Shown here piece by piece: positions 1 to 12,945 of a stretch of 64,000 bases of DNA. The notes beneath the pieces are model-generated. The model did not search any database and had not been told where the DNA came from. It saw only the letters and a list, made by a program, of their open reading frames with translations. Origin of the DNA: Dudresnaya verticillata (taxonomy: Eukaryota). The number at the start of each line of letters is the position of its first letter. Position 1 is the stretch's first letter. The position numbers and the translations under genes were made by a program. Location: the NCBI GenBank assembly GCA_977862235.1, contig OZ374565.1, forward strand, positions 558,001-622,000. Reading direction: 5' to 3'.

Positions 1-144
1 TGATTGAAGACTTTGCAATTTCACCAACTGCTTCCAAGCCTTCGAAGGGAAAGCCCACGCGCAACTTTGTCATCGACGACTCAAAACGCATAGGGTCTCT
101 CGACAAGAGGGTCAATAGCCGCGACGATCCCTGCGTCCTTGTCC

Positions 145-146
<2 letters not shown>

Positions 147-238
<92 letters not shown>

Positions 239-307
239 ATGTGTGTGTGTGTGTGGGTGTGTGGGTGTGGGTGTGTGGGTGTGGGTGGGTTGGTGGGTGG
301 GTGGGTG
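147..307. repeat. (GT)n microsatellite, pure to ~237, then degenerating into GTGG variants
   Basis: Seen directly; it accounts for the poly-CV ORFs in the track. Confidence 0.99.
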
Positions 308-439
308 CAGCGCCACTTCGTGTGGGGCGCCAGATTTCAATTCGGCTGCCCTATCCTAACCCCCTTCAGCCGCTCTCCATCACGCTCCTCGAAAAACCAC
401 CTCAACTCGACTTTCGACTTCAACCGGTATTCGAGGAAA

Positions 440-1006
440 ATGGACAAGGACAAGAAGCAGTGTGGCTGCTGCTGCAAGAAGCGCTGCCGTTCTTCCAAGG
501 ATGAGCGATTTCCGAAGAGCGAGAAGAAGCAGCCGATCATTGCCGGATCGGCCAAGAAAGGGAAAGGGGAGCCCTCCCGTCGGTCTATCACTACTCTCAA
601 CACTACGCAACTGAATGAGTGGGCCAACAAGCTGATTTCACTCATCAACAAAGACCGTGCCAAGGCAAATCTCGCCCCAGTTCGGTTGAGCTCTACTCTC
701 ACCATTGCTGCGAAGAAGCACACGGAGTACCAGGCGGGGAAGCAAATTTTATCGGGCAGGGGTGGAACTAGAGTTTGTGATAGGGTCAAGACGGAGGGGT
801 ACGTGTTCTGGAAAGTCGGTGAGAATGTGGCGTTAGGTAGCCCCACGCCAGAGCGAGTGCATGAAATATTCATGAACTCGCCTGGACACCGTGCCATATG
901 TCTACTTCCAGAGGCTGTTGACTTTGGAATGTACGTGTGCAAGGACGGGAATGACCGGTTCCACTGGACTGAGATCTTCGGCAAGCGTATGCGTGGAAGC
1001 TGTTAA
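440..1006 (+). CDS. CAP/SCP (PR-1 superfamily, bacterial YkwD-like) domain protein with Cys/Lys-rich N-terminus
   Basis: First ATG at 440, in frame with ORF 149..1006. LINKDRAKANLAPVRLSSTLTIAAKKH, VGENVALG, FMNSPGHR and HWTEIFG match the CAP pattern. Confidence 0.88.
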   Translation: MDKDKKQCGCCCKKRCRSSKDERFPKSEKKQPIIAGSAKKGKGEPSRRSITTLNTTQLNEWANKLISLINKDRAKANLAPVRLSSTLTIAAKKHTEYQAGKQILSGRGGTRVCDRVKTEGYVFWKVGENVALGSPTPERVHEIFMNSPGHRAICLLPEAVDFGMYVCKDGNDRFHWTEIFGKRMRGSC

Positions 1007-1099
1007 ATTGTGTAGCTTCCCTATCGCGTTGCACATACGCGTATGTCGTAGAAAGAGAGACCTTTATTAAAGAAGAAGAGAGAAGCCCCTTAAGGGGAG

Positions 1100-1653
1100 C
1101 TACCGTAAAGAGGCGGTGGAGCTAGCTTCCGGCGATTGACACTCACCGTGACGCAGTGTACAAGAAAAGAGAGTAAACGAGTAGTGAGGCGTAGTTTCTC
1201 CGTAGACGGAGAGGACCCGCACTTGCGGCAACGAAATTAGCAATACGTTGGGCGCTAAGCTCAAAGCCGGATCTAACATGGCCAAATAGAACGGGGGCTG
1301 ACGACCGAGACATCAAATCCATGGGGGTGTGGGGCAAAGCCACGATCATCAACGAAAATATCCATACGCAGCTGGTGTACAGTCGTACGCATCATGTTCT
1401 TGTGTAGGGAGCTCCCGTTCCCCGCTTCCATGAGCGTAGATTCAGCGACCGCACGTGCACACACAAACACAGGCTCTAGTGTCGCCGGGCGCCGCACCCC
1501 GCCTCTTGGGCCCGTGCGCTTGCCCTGATGAGGTTCACCTTTCACACCCGACGCGTCGTCGCTCGCCGCTCTATCACGGAGCTCCACCATCGCAGGTACT
1601 TGATCTGCTCCCCCTGTCACCCACAGTCGCACAATTCGCACGCCAGGTCCCAT
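1100..1653 (-). mobile_element. 3' fragment of a CRE-clade non-LTR retrotransposon (restriction-like endonuclease region)
   Basis: RMDIFVDDRGFAPHPHGFDVSVVS aligns to RMDLYVDDPAFAPLPQAFDVSVVT in ORF 30626..32581. Confidence 0.75.
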
Positions 1654-1800
1654 TCAACGCCCCTTTAGCCGCAAGTTCGACCGCCCGCTACCTCCGCCTG
1701 CTGCTCGCCTCTACCAACTCTCGCCCTGCCCCACGCCCCCGGACGCCGCAGCCCCCTAGCCAATCCCCGCCAATCACGTTGGCGCAGCGACACACGAAGT

Positions 1801-2451
1801 ATGGACCCGGTCCCGTGCGCATCCTTGCGCGAGCAGCTCGGGAATATATCAGATCAAGTTTGGGGGCGCACGTCGGAGAGCAACATTGTTCAGTCCCTTC
1901 CCGTTGAAGAATCCCTTGCTGTGGTCAAGCTGGCCCTGTCGGATGGCAGAACCTACCTCAGCGACCTCCTTGATCAAGAGATCTATAACTACCGCATGCT
2001 CTCCCGCGTGCCCGGCATGGTTGGAAACGTCATCCCGCCTCTTCTGGCCGCAGGCGCATACAACTATTGCGGTAACATACTCATCACCGAGCATGTCGGC
2101 AACCCCGTCAGTATGGAAGAAGGAATTCTATTCGTTGGAGAAGAGCAGCTCACCCCGGAAGATTCCCATATGGTGAAGGAGTCCGCCATGGACGGTCTTC
2201 GCGTTCTGCACAAGGCCAAATGGCTTCACGACAACCTCGATCTTCGCCATATCCGTGCGTTTCGCGGCGCCAATGGCGAGTGGCGCACCTGGTGGACTGA
2301 CCTCACCCTCGCGACCAAGTGTGAAACGGAGAGACGCTTTGAGGAGGAAATGCAGGAGTGCGCGGATATCTTCGATCCCGATTACGTGGGAATCATAGAT
2401 GTAACCGAGTGGACGGACATAGTTGAGTCCTTCCGTTGCGAGACTCGTTGA
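1801..2451 (+). CDS. Atypical protein-kinase-like (probable pseudokinase) protein
   Basis: VVK (beta3 Lys), DQEI (alphaC Glu), IPPLLAAG, LITEHVG hinge, LRVLHKAKWLHDNL (catalytic-loop-like) and WTDLTLA (DFG-like) occur in kinase order. Confidence 0.6.
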   Translation: MDPVPCASLREQLGNISDQVWGRTSESNIVQSLPVEESLAVVKLALSDGRTYLSDLLDQEIYNYRMLSRVPGMVGNVIPPLLAAGAYNYCGNILITEHVGNPVSMEEGILFVGEEQLTPEDSHMVKESAMDGLRVLHKAKWLHDNLDLRHIRAFRGANGEWRTWWTDLTLATKCETERRFEEEMQECADIFDPDYVGIIDVTEWTDIVESFRCETR

Positions 2452-5400
2452 CTGAAGCGCCCACAATGGAGAGTATTGACGATAATGAAAGTGACGAGGA
2501 AGGGGATAGAGATTTGTTTCTGATCTTGATCGCTATTGTACCACGTTAACTGGCAATCCCCGTTTGCTGCACATGCCTTCGCACGATCACTTCCCATCTC
2601 TTGTAAAATTGTTCTGTACTGGCACTATTGCCACTGGCCCTACTCAAAGCTTAAGTCCACTGTGCTTTCTCTCTCACCTTCGAAACGTGCTTACCAGCGT
2701 GCCCATTATAAGTGATTACGTATCTGTAACTCACTCTTTTAGTTTCGCTTTCGCTTTCACTCGCGTTGCTGGGTGCATCCCTGGCCGGATCATCCTTGCT
2801 AGGGACCAGTCCCGTGACAAGTCCATTAGGAGCCCCCTGCTGTTCCTGCTGTTATTTTAGCAGTGCAACCCCGTTGTAATAGCCTCAAACACTTAAACTA
2901 CAATACTATTAGAGTAAGGGGCTGGGGTAAGGGAGAGACGGGTGGATGAAATTGACGGCGAAGTGGAGAACGTAAGACCGACGGCAAACGCACGCTTATG
3001 CTCCCGAGCTGCGGGAGCTTGAAAGCGTATCTAACTTTGCGGCTTGCGAAGGCCTTTCAACAAAGGCTTGGTGTGTTGCTCCGTGGAGCGATGAGCGTTT
3101 GGGTATGCGTGTCGAACAGGCCTGCGTTTGGCTTGGGATTGAATGGGGATGTCTTTGAACGTCAGCTTTCAATCCCCTGAGCGCTGTCACTGTATGCTCT
3201 TCGGCAGTGAATTCACTCTCAGCTGTAGTACCTACACGATACGGCGAGCGGGCCAAATTGAAATGGAGAGCGGAACTGCGAAGTGTAATGAACGAGACCG
3301 ATTTGCATCACATCTCTCTTATGAAAACGCAAGCCGTCGTCAGATAGGTAGAACTTCGCAACCCGCTCAGATAAAACGCTCCTTCGCATGTCCAATAACG
3401 AGCACTGACCTTCGAAATTGAGTCCGCCCTCACTCCGCACCGGATACAGTTATGTTTCCAACGTAAGATGCGCTCTGTTCAGAAATGGTTGTGGCTCTGA
3501 CGGTTGCAGTAACAAAATCAAGAAATGACTATGTTGCATGTCTTGGCATGCCTGCGAGCTTACTGCTGCCAGTCAGTCATGGGCTTCGAGGATGGGAATG
3601 CAATGGTCCTTCCCTAAGTGCGCAATACGGCTCCCTTCGCGCCACCGTAGCCCACCAACAAGTTGCCGTTCCGCCTGAATAAACAAGTGATCCAACACCG
3701 AACCAGAATCCAGTATCTTGGGGTAGTCATTCCGCAAAAATCTCCGCGTAGGTCTTGCTCTGCTTCAGATTCAATGGATGTGTGGAACATGGCGGTGACT
3801 CTGCCGGGATTCTTTGGAGGGTAAGAGCATGGACGAGAGGGGCGGTGGTGTTCACGTTATGGTCGGGCAGGGGGGTCGGGACCCAGAACAGAGCGATAGT
3901 CAACACTGCGCCTGTTTTAAAGACTGTTCAATGGTCCTGAGAAACGGAGAATTTTATTCAGAAAGGAGAATTAGTAGGCCTAGAACGCCCCAGAGTCTAG
4001 CGGGCCAAGAGGAACGGCATGATGATGGTGATTAATTGCCAGCGATTGATAGAGAAGCAAGGGAGAAGTAAACCGTGCAGTAAGGTCCGTCGCGAGAGGG
4101 GAAAAAAGACTGTGCCGGGTGTTGAGATTGGGCCTGGCCAACCAGGCCTGTCCGCCGGAAATTGACACGGTGACCGCGCAGTGCTCATTCCCTCGAAAAT
4201 GCAAAACGGTATGTAAGCCAACCGGCGAGTTCACAGACTCGCTATCACCGAGAAGTGAGATTGGTATAACATTTCCAGTAGCACAGCGGGGTAGAGAAAA
4301 GTACCTGAGAAGAGGGGAGCACCAAGACACATGTTGGCCACAGTATTCCATACTTGAGAAGCATTGCGAGCTCCAGAAGACCCTTCTTCTGAAACTCGCT
4401 TAGTGAAAGACATGGTTGCGAACGGCCGACAGGCGTTCATAGTACCGAAAGCCGGACAGTCAGCGGATAACATTCATCGAGAAGCTGCTATGGTTTCAGT
4501 AGGATTGGAATTGGCTTTCATCATGATTGTACAGTACGAGGACCTTATAGGTGTTGTGGTGCTTCGCGTGGGGCCGGGTTGTCATCCATGAACAGCTGAG
4601 GGATAGCCTGGATGGTAAAAGACTACATTCCTAGGGCAGGCGCCGGGCGTTCTTGGAGGGACAGGGCAGTGAGTGCTCAACGCATGGTCCCTTTTCCTAG
4701 AGATGGTAAAAGACTTCCTTCAACCGAAAACACATCATTTTCATCCGTTTGAAACTTTAGTTTTAGTGAAAGACTTTATGGATATAACGAAGTAACCCTT
4801 TAGCCTCTAGGGGAGCTTAACAATCAGAACTATCATAGCTATCTAGCTTACGGCAATTGACCGAAACGGCCAGGCAGTGCAATACAAGAGAGTTTAAAGA
4901 GTGAGGAGACGCAGTTTTGAGTCATAGGGGACGTGTCCCGGGCGCATGCGACTGTGCCACGGCTCCGCGGCACCCCAAGGGTGGGATGAGCTGGGTGACA
5001 GAGGACAAGCGTCCATCAGCACACGTTCACAGGAATGGGGCCGTAAGGAGGTCGGAAGCGGTCGAGGAGAGACGGGAGAGTAGTTACTGATAAGCATAGT
5101 GCACTAGGGGCACTCTACTTAACTAGTTGTCTAGGGCGATCCTGCTCGTAATACGCGTCAGATATGGAGGCACAGCCGCCCTTTCAGGACTAATTTAAAC
5201 AATACTAACGAAAATTTGACTTGAGCGGAATGGCGAGCTTAGGGTCTGCGGCGCGGCGTTCCCTTATGGATTCTGCTGCCTGGCATACGTGTAAGAATTC
5301 GTTCTTTTTCTTACGGGTTATTTGGTCCAATCCACCCGCGTTTGTTTCGAATTCAGTGGATTGAGATGGTGATGGTGTGTAGAGAACCGCCAGCAAGGGT

Positions 5401-5521
5401 GGGAGAGGCTAATGACAATAGTACGTAGATGTGTGGGCACTTTAGCTTTCAGGACGTGGGGGATTGCAAGGGGATAGTAAATACTCCCACCTTCCATTGC
5501 GCAGTGTGGCACACACAGCCT

Positions 5522-5830
5522 ACTACTATTCTCTAATGCGCTCGGCATTTAGCTCCTTGACGGGTCTCAGACGATTAGCTATGCGGTGCATGGGGCGTTA
5601 TTGCGCTGCTTTGTCACTGTTAACGTTGGATAGCCATGCCGCGACGCCGATACTGTGGCTTTGATTCGGAAATTGCGCCACCCCTGTAAAAAGCTCTCAT
5701 TTTATTGCCGACCTCCGAATCAGATGTACTCAAAACTAGGTCCAATAAAGGTATATTGTCACTTGTTGGAGAATGACAGGTATCTCGAGTTTGAGAGGCC
5801 ACGGCCCTTCGCAGATCGTAGTGTTTCATT
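5522..5830 (+). repeat. Dispersed repeat, copy 1 (possible LTR remnant)
   Basis: Co-linear similarity to ~32632..32990, e.g. shared TTCGGAAATTGCGCCACCCC and CAGATGTACTCAAAACTAGGTCCAATAAA. Confidence 0.85.
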
Positions 5831-8800
5831 TTGGGGAACTCTTTTATATTTCTGTGCGCCTATGAACTCCCTCCCATCTCCGACCAGCGCACGAGAGGTC
5901 CACGACCCGAGCATCCATACGCCCGCACACCAATTTGGGACTGTACTTAGCCAAAACACTACTACCCTATGCATTATCTCCACCATGATGTAATATATCA
6001 ACGAAATCCTTTCATGTATCCATGGATAAACTTCATTGTGCTGTTGTCGACAGCTGATATGCAATAGGTGCGCTAAAGATAGGCCATACAAATTGTAAGA
6101 AGAGTGATAAAGAGGGCAGCTAAGGGAATAGGGGCACATCGATCCGCAACTTCGAGCTCTCCTTTCCACCGCTGCGTGAAGCTATGTTGTGGTTGCCTGA
6201 TATAATGTTTTCCACGTAGGCAGCAAGAAGGTCATATTCCGCCCCACTTAGAGGGTCATCGCAATCGGGAACATCCAGGCTCTGTAATGTAATGTTACAG
6301 ATGCTGCTGGAGACTCGCTGATTTGGTCTTCTTGCCATCCAGGAAACGAACGATCGTGATAGCCTCTCTTCACAATTGGGCGCAATTCTGCAAAATGATA
6401 AAGCCTACGGGCGATAAAAAAAAAGTCTGACGGAGCGCTCCCAAATTGAAGAGAGGAGACCTTTATTAATGAACAACCCAAATTGAAGGCCATAATTTCC
6501 GCACAATAAATTTCAACGAAAGCCAGCCAGTTCCAAATATGCAAAATAATACACAAATTTCTTCGTGAACCTGAATCGCCTTGAACTGGCGAGAGCATCC
6601 GAACGAACTCAGAATGGGTAGAGAGAAACCTCGGTAAAACAGGAGTCAAAATCGGGTTCTTTGATGTCATCTCCTATAGTGCATCACGTTCGCAAGCAGA
6701 AATAAGTGAACACACTCAGGTACTCAGATTGAGGTTCGAGCCCAGAACTAGGGTGTGGAAAAGTCGCCCAATAGAGGGCTTTCTGGTGTTCTTGCGATGG
6801 ACAATGATAGCAATATGGTGAATCTCAGGGACGCTCACAGGACTAGTTTGTCAGTAAATGTTCTCGAAATGTTTCGGCGCAGTCCCTCTACACTAAGAGA
6901 CAGACAACACCGGAATATAGCAAAAAAGCTATGATTTCTCTGCTGAGGGTCACAAACCGGGAAAAGAAATCCATTCATCGCGCCGGTCGCTGCTCGTCAT
7001 ACTACTCCTTGTCCCTCTCTTGGGCTGAAGCACGTGTGTGCACAGATTATTCCGGCCTTCGAAGAATTCTTTATCCATATTCCCCTACCTAGGCCGAAGG
7101 GCACTTCGTTCTCCGGAGAGAGGGTCGACTCCGGCATCATGTGACGTCAAAACATTACTCACTTGATTAATCATGTGTCTGTATGCCCTCGGTGGGTGTA
7201 TTGGAAAAGACCCTACGCTAGAAGATGGATACAATGAGCGAGGGATGAGGACGAGTAGACGGTTTTAACGCGGACATCTGTAAGTGTGTTTACTGTAGGA
7301 AGCGATAGGCCTGAAAGAAAGCATAGAGCTCCAGGCGGATAGTTCGAACTCGTTGGGTGTGTGCCTGATTCGAAAGAAGAACTTAGAACGCCGCAAGCAG
7401 CTACCGAGTTTCGATCATAAGTCAATGACCGAGGGTCTCTTTTCTTCCCTGCAGACAACCTCACACAAGATAATACTTTCGACGTGACAGAATGTTTGCC
7501 AAAATGTTACAGCAATTTTCCCAATTTCACAAACGTTCAATTTATCAAAACATATTCCATCCGGACCCAGTTGTTTAAGATGTTCGTGCAGTTCGTGTGC
7601 TGTTACAAGGAAGAAACATGTCAGTCGTCAACGCTCTTCTTCTACACTTCTTACAAGCCTTGTAAGTCTTGCGACCGTCACCATTGATCTGGTCTGGGAG
7701 CCCATCCAATCGATCTGAAATGGTTACGATTGGTATTTATCACCGTCGCACAACGCTCCTTCACTCCAACACCCGTCACCCACCTACCTCCTACTCTTGA
7801 CTTCTCCTTTTCACTTCGCACGCCTCGCCCAGGGTACTGTTACACCTCTAGAGGCGGAAGCTTCCGCTCGGAACCTTAGCCCTGGATCAGCACAATCATC
7901 ATCAGTCTAAGTGAAGACCTGCGGCATCTGAACCTACGCTTGCGATTGCACACTACCCTGCGTATCTAGGTACTTCATCTGCGCTCGTACGCAGCTGACC
8001 TCACTTCACCACATTAAACGTACTGTAGACGGACTCCTGTCCTCTACCCCGAGGTTTCTCTACACCTGTGTCCCTCTGAGTGACTTCTACAGCAGATTTT
8101 GCGTTCCTGACGGCAATTTTGTTACCACCGCCACACGTTAGCAGGATCTTGTAACACCTAACGCTTGAGCAGCTGAGCTTAGCGCGTGGTGGATTCAGGT
8201 TGGGTACAAATGTTGGTGCCGCAACCTGTCCAGCTTGATATTCAGGTTAGAAATTGTTGGATTTTCAGACAGTTCACAATTCAAAGTGACATCTGTATGT
8301 CTCTTTCACAGGCCGATTCCCTACAATGGGAGCCTGTCTGCTTATGCCTTAAAAGACGGGCATAAGTCTAAGTCATCCCGACTTCGCACGACGTGGCACC
8401 ACATAAGGCTGGGAGCGTCATCTGAATTTGGATACCTGATTACAAGGGATCCGGGCAGACCTCCGTCCGCCTCGGAAAATATCGAGGACGGCTGGGGACA
8501 AACCGCGCCCCTGTCCAGACTTCTGGAACGGAACCTGCGACACGCTGCAGGTCACTATTAGCGTGGGTTGCCTCCAATAAGCTAGCAGAAGCTGAACACA
8601 ATAAAGGCAACCCACTGGCGCCGCGATGGTGTGAGAGAACTTATCAACACAGCGTGGCTCTGCCGTCCCAATTTGCCTCCCTATCCCTTCACTTCACAAC
8701 CTGTGCCCCAGTCCGGCTACCTCACCTCTACACCGCTCGATCTACATCCTGCATCGGGCTACGCTTCGGTACTCGTCACAATCTCAGGGACCTCTTCCGC

Positions 8801-10089
8801 ATCGAACATCCTTTTCTAACGCTCAGCATACTTTTTAGGGCACAATGATGCGCGCGGGTTACGACACCTTGTTGACGTAGCAAAACTTCTGACCTCCTGG
8901 AATGCTCAAATAACACTTGCTGTCTTAAGACTACACAACGTGTTTTTGGTGCCAAGCACCCCGACAAACAGGAGCGCAGAGGGAATTACGCGAAGCGCTG
9001 CTACAAGAATGGTTTGCGGAATTATCTAGGCGATTCCCTGGCCCTGTGTACTCTGCAAACCGGTTAGCATCTGTCTTGAAGTTGTCGAACCGCAGAGGAG
9101 GAAAGCGGAAATCAGTGGCACGTCTGGACGTTCCTCATCCCGCCTCGGTACCCATTTTTCGACGAAGAAGCCCAACTCCTGGCCCAGTATCTGAAAGCCC
9201 TTTCGCTACCATCACTTGGCGCATGTAATCTCTGCGCCATCGTCGGTACAATCTCGTCCATCTGAGACGCCTGCAGGCACGAATTTACCCTTTCCGGTCC
9301 CCCAAAACCCTTTAGGTTCTCACATAACTCAAACCCTTCCATAGGATAGACCCCACCCCACCGGTATGCTTGCCTGTCGGGAATAGCCCCACGCATAATA
9401 CCACCGTACACATTCATTAAAAAGAATCATCGATTCCTCATTGCTCTCAACTGCACCACACCCAGACAGACTCGAATCTGTGATAGAAATTTATATTCTC
9501 ACGTCCTCGCATCACGCTCTATCAGGCGATATCGAGCAGACGGCCTGCCGCCGATAACCAGATCAGATATTGGGGACCCTTGTGGATTTGAACTACCATA
9601 AAATCGTATGTTTGTGCTTCTCGGGCAATGGGTGCACAATGAGGTACGTTCTATACCTTCCACTGGACCTTCAAACTCGTCCTCTCTCTCCGGAACTACT
9701 GATTCGCCCCAGAGTCACTTCAAGCACAGCTGACCCTCTCATCAAAGCTCCTATCAAGCTATCATGCAGTGCTTCATGTGCTAGGTGTCGACAGCACCCA
9801 AACGCGCACTTAAAGTTTCTCTTTTTCTCGAAGATGTTTTGTTCAATGCAATTTCCTCACCGCAGTGTCCTGTTTGTTAGTGTCTGAAATATCCACGGCT
9901 TTTCTTCCTCCTTTCTATGCGTTAAGAATGGACGATGATACAAGGGTTTCCTGAAAATCCATGATGCAGAGCGTCAACTTTGCTAACAGGTTCTTATGTT
10001 GCACAACGTCAATGCTCTACTTCATTCTCTTTCCTTCTAGCCATTAGCGACTGCCAAGATGAAGTGAGTAATGAAGTTAATGGCTGATG

Positions 10090-10622
10090 TGTTGGACTCA
10101 TCGTGGAGAAATGTGCAAAAAAGTTGGGCGATGTGCATCCTCTAGGTCCGAGGATAGAGAGACACGGACCGACGCCGGACCTAGAGGGGGACACTTGTGC
10201 CCACTCACTTCGCTACGCCCCTCGCTTCGTCTTCTATACCTCTTTCCTACTGGCGACGGCCCCTTGCATTGCACTGCGCGCGCACCGCCGGAGTATGTGT
10301 GCAAACGCGCCTGTAAAGGACACCGCGCGCACGCGGTGCAAAGCAAGGGAGTGCCACCCGGAAGGAAAAGGTAGAGAGGACGACGCTAGGGGCGTAGCGA
10401 AGTGAGCCGGCACAAGTGTCCCTCTCTAGATCTGGCGTAGGTCTGTGCCTCTCTGCCCTCGGACCTAGAGGATGCGCGTCGCCCATGTCCTTTTCTTTCT
10501 CCCCAACAATAGCACCCGCGTCAATTCGAACGCGCGGACGACAGCGCCCGCTTGCTTTGCAGTTCAAACACAAAATCAGCATTTTTTCACGTTTTTCACA
10601 TTTCTCCACAATGAGTCCAACA
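10090..10622. mobile_element. Non-autonomous foldback/TIR element with TGTTGG...CCAACA ends and 5-bp TSD TGATG
   Basis: 26-bp terminal inverted repeat with 1 mismatch; further inverted similarity ~10126-10250 vs ~10362-10485; TGATG at 10085-10089 and 10623-10627. Confidence 0.85.
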
Positions 10623-11127
10623 TGATGTGTATATGTCTCCATTGAGAAGTTCTCAAAATCTGCAGAACTTTGCTGCAGGTTCTAAAAATTGACAAATTCA
10701 AATGTAGCAGTCTTGAATGTATTACATCTGGATTGTTCCAAGTAACAAGATAAAGAAGTAAAAGGGTACGCATCTATCTTTACGAGAAATGGTAGTGGAG
10801 AGCGAAACAATTGTGTGCAGTTTGTATGTTGCATCTGAACAGCCTTCACGCGGGCTGTGCGGTCCGTTACGACGCGCTGAGGGTAACAGAAACTTGTTTT
10901 CGGAAGCTATAGTATCCACTGAATATCCATTTCAATAGACCAATGTTCGAATCCGATAATGGACATAGCTATATTAATCCTCTACCCTATACAGAGCGTG
11001 TCCAGAACAGAATTACTTCTCTGAAGGCTTCTACTTACTTCTACTTCTATGAAGGCGCGGTAGGGGGAGCAGTTCGGCAAGCGGCCGCACGCTGCTTATA
11101 GAGGCGCCACACACCCCCGATAGGGAA

Positions 11128-12245
11128 GTGGCTTTCGACGGCACGATGTTGGTGGCGCCCGATGACGATGGTTGCGAACCCGTCACGATCGTGCTCGCGC
11201 TGTCGACAGCCTGGGCGGCGCAAGCCGAGGAGACCCTCCACATATCAGGACGCATCGACGCGGTCCTGCCGAGGAGGATCCCTCCACTCACACCGGCGCA
11301 AGAGACAATGGCTCGCGCCGTCACCCCTGATCGACAGAGGTGGTACATCTGCTGGTTCTGTCGAGAACTTGGGCACATCATGTACTCGTGCCCATTCCTG
11401 ACTCAGGAACAGCAGTTGTACTGCGCGTATGCGAACTGCAACCATAGACTGGAGACGCAGCCGCACGCGCGCAACAACTTTCAGCAGCTCATCGACTAGC
11501 GTATGCCGGCAGGCGCCAAGGCACGTTACTTCGCAAGACGCTTCGACGCGCAGCGGGGTGGGGACCGACGCATCGGCGCGCGAGGTCCCCCGCAGCGCTT
11601 CGACGCGCAAAGGTATCGCGGGGAGCCGCGACGGTACCGCGGGGATCTTCGAGATCTGCGCCGCGAATACCGACGGGCAGACGTCCCGCGGTTCCTCACT
11701 CGCGACAAACGGGTCGGGTTTGACGACCAAGCCGGTCGCCAACCTCGGGCGTCGACGCCCTCGAGGCCCGACCCGCAGCGCGAACTGCTTCGGGAAGTGA
11801 TAACCGTTTAGGAGCACACCGGGCTAGCAGCCGACGATTGGCTCCCGCGAGCGCTCGACGCGCATAGCAAGGGCGAGTCCGCCCGGGGGCAGGGCGAGCA
11901 GCCCCCGCTCCTTTTTTACACGCCGCCGCAATCGACGCGAGGCGCAGGCCAGGCATCTAGCCAGCCAATGGGATCCGAGGACGATAGCTCGGATTCCGAA
12001 AATAATATTGACCGGGTCGAACCGGAAAAAGAGTAAAGGCGGCGCCGTTCGTGCGGTCGCGTGCACCGTCTCTCTCTACCCAGACCCACCATCCTCCGCA
12101 AAGCCGTCGACGGCAGGTGGGACGTCGAGTCCCAACCAACGAAGGACCCTCTCGCCAAGCAGCGCTGAGGGCCCCCTGCGCGAAGAGCCGTCGAAGGCCA
12201 CGCGCTCCAGGCCACCTTGGTGTGGTACAACGGGCGTTGACGCCC
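11128..12245 (+). pseudogene. Truncated Ty3/Gypsy gag remnant (element A) with CCHC zinc knuckle
   Basis: CWFCRELGHIMYSCPFL, resembling CFECLGVGHKKPNCPYL in gag 14875..16065; in-frame stops; cut off by an LTR-like sequence at 12246. Confidence 0.7.
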
Positions 12246-12945
12246 TGTAAGGAGCCACGTGGACACGAGTCCTCTGTAAGGAATGGCAGGCGCACAACCG
12301 CCCGGGTGATATAGCTGGCTTACAGATTGATTTACTTGCGGAAGCGCTCCTGCGCTGTAAGGCAAAACGTGTACAGATTTAATCTGTAAGGCGAACTGCT
12401 CCAGGTGAGATGGCGCTATGCCATTTGGGGATTAACTATGACCGCATCATCGCGCCCTGTATTGCTGGCGGATGTTTGCCCCGCGGCGCCTGATAGTGGC
12501 GCTGCGCTCGCCTTGTGGCCTGACCACTCATTCCTATCTAAGGACATATCATACCTGTATTGTACAGTATTAGCTAAGTATTATCAATAGAGCTCTAACT
12601 GAGCGAGTAGCACCTTTTCGGCTCTCGCCGTATTTATGGGGCCCCTGAGTAGCAGGGGCCCGGCACTAAACCGGCAGCGGTCTGTGCCTTGGGTTTTCCC
12701 CTTTTTGGACACTTACGGTGCTGCCGCTACAAACCCCCTTGGGCGTCTACAAGCCCCTTCGTCTACGACGAATTGCTCTACACGGCTGGGTTCGCCTTCT
12801 CTTTTCCCCTCTTCTTAGGGCTTTAAGCCCTATCAAGTCTCTACCACCCCTTTTACCGAGCTACCATCCACACAGTGGAGTGTCTTCTAAGACAGCTGTC
12901 TTGTTGTGTTGTCGTCCTCGTTGACTTAGAAGTCATTATACTGCA
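12246..12945 (+). repeat. Putative 5' LTR of Gypsy element B
   Basis: Starts TGTAAG and ends CA, followed by PBS-like TGGTCTCCCGACC at 12947 upstream of gag. No matching 3' copy was found, so the ends are approximate. Confidence 0.5.

Noticed and set aside
139..504. Poly-Cys-Val ORFs and the extended 285-aa N-terminus of the CAP gene
   Set aside because: Artefacts of translating the GT microsatellite from GTG starts
2560..4760. Possible decayed gene or LINE on the minus strand (MEYC.. word, broken protein-like frames)
   Set aside because: No ordered set of diagnostic motifs could be recovered
5990..9900. Short ORFs and LTR-like pyrimidine tracts
   Set aside because: No recognisable domains, paired termini or TSDs
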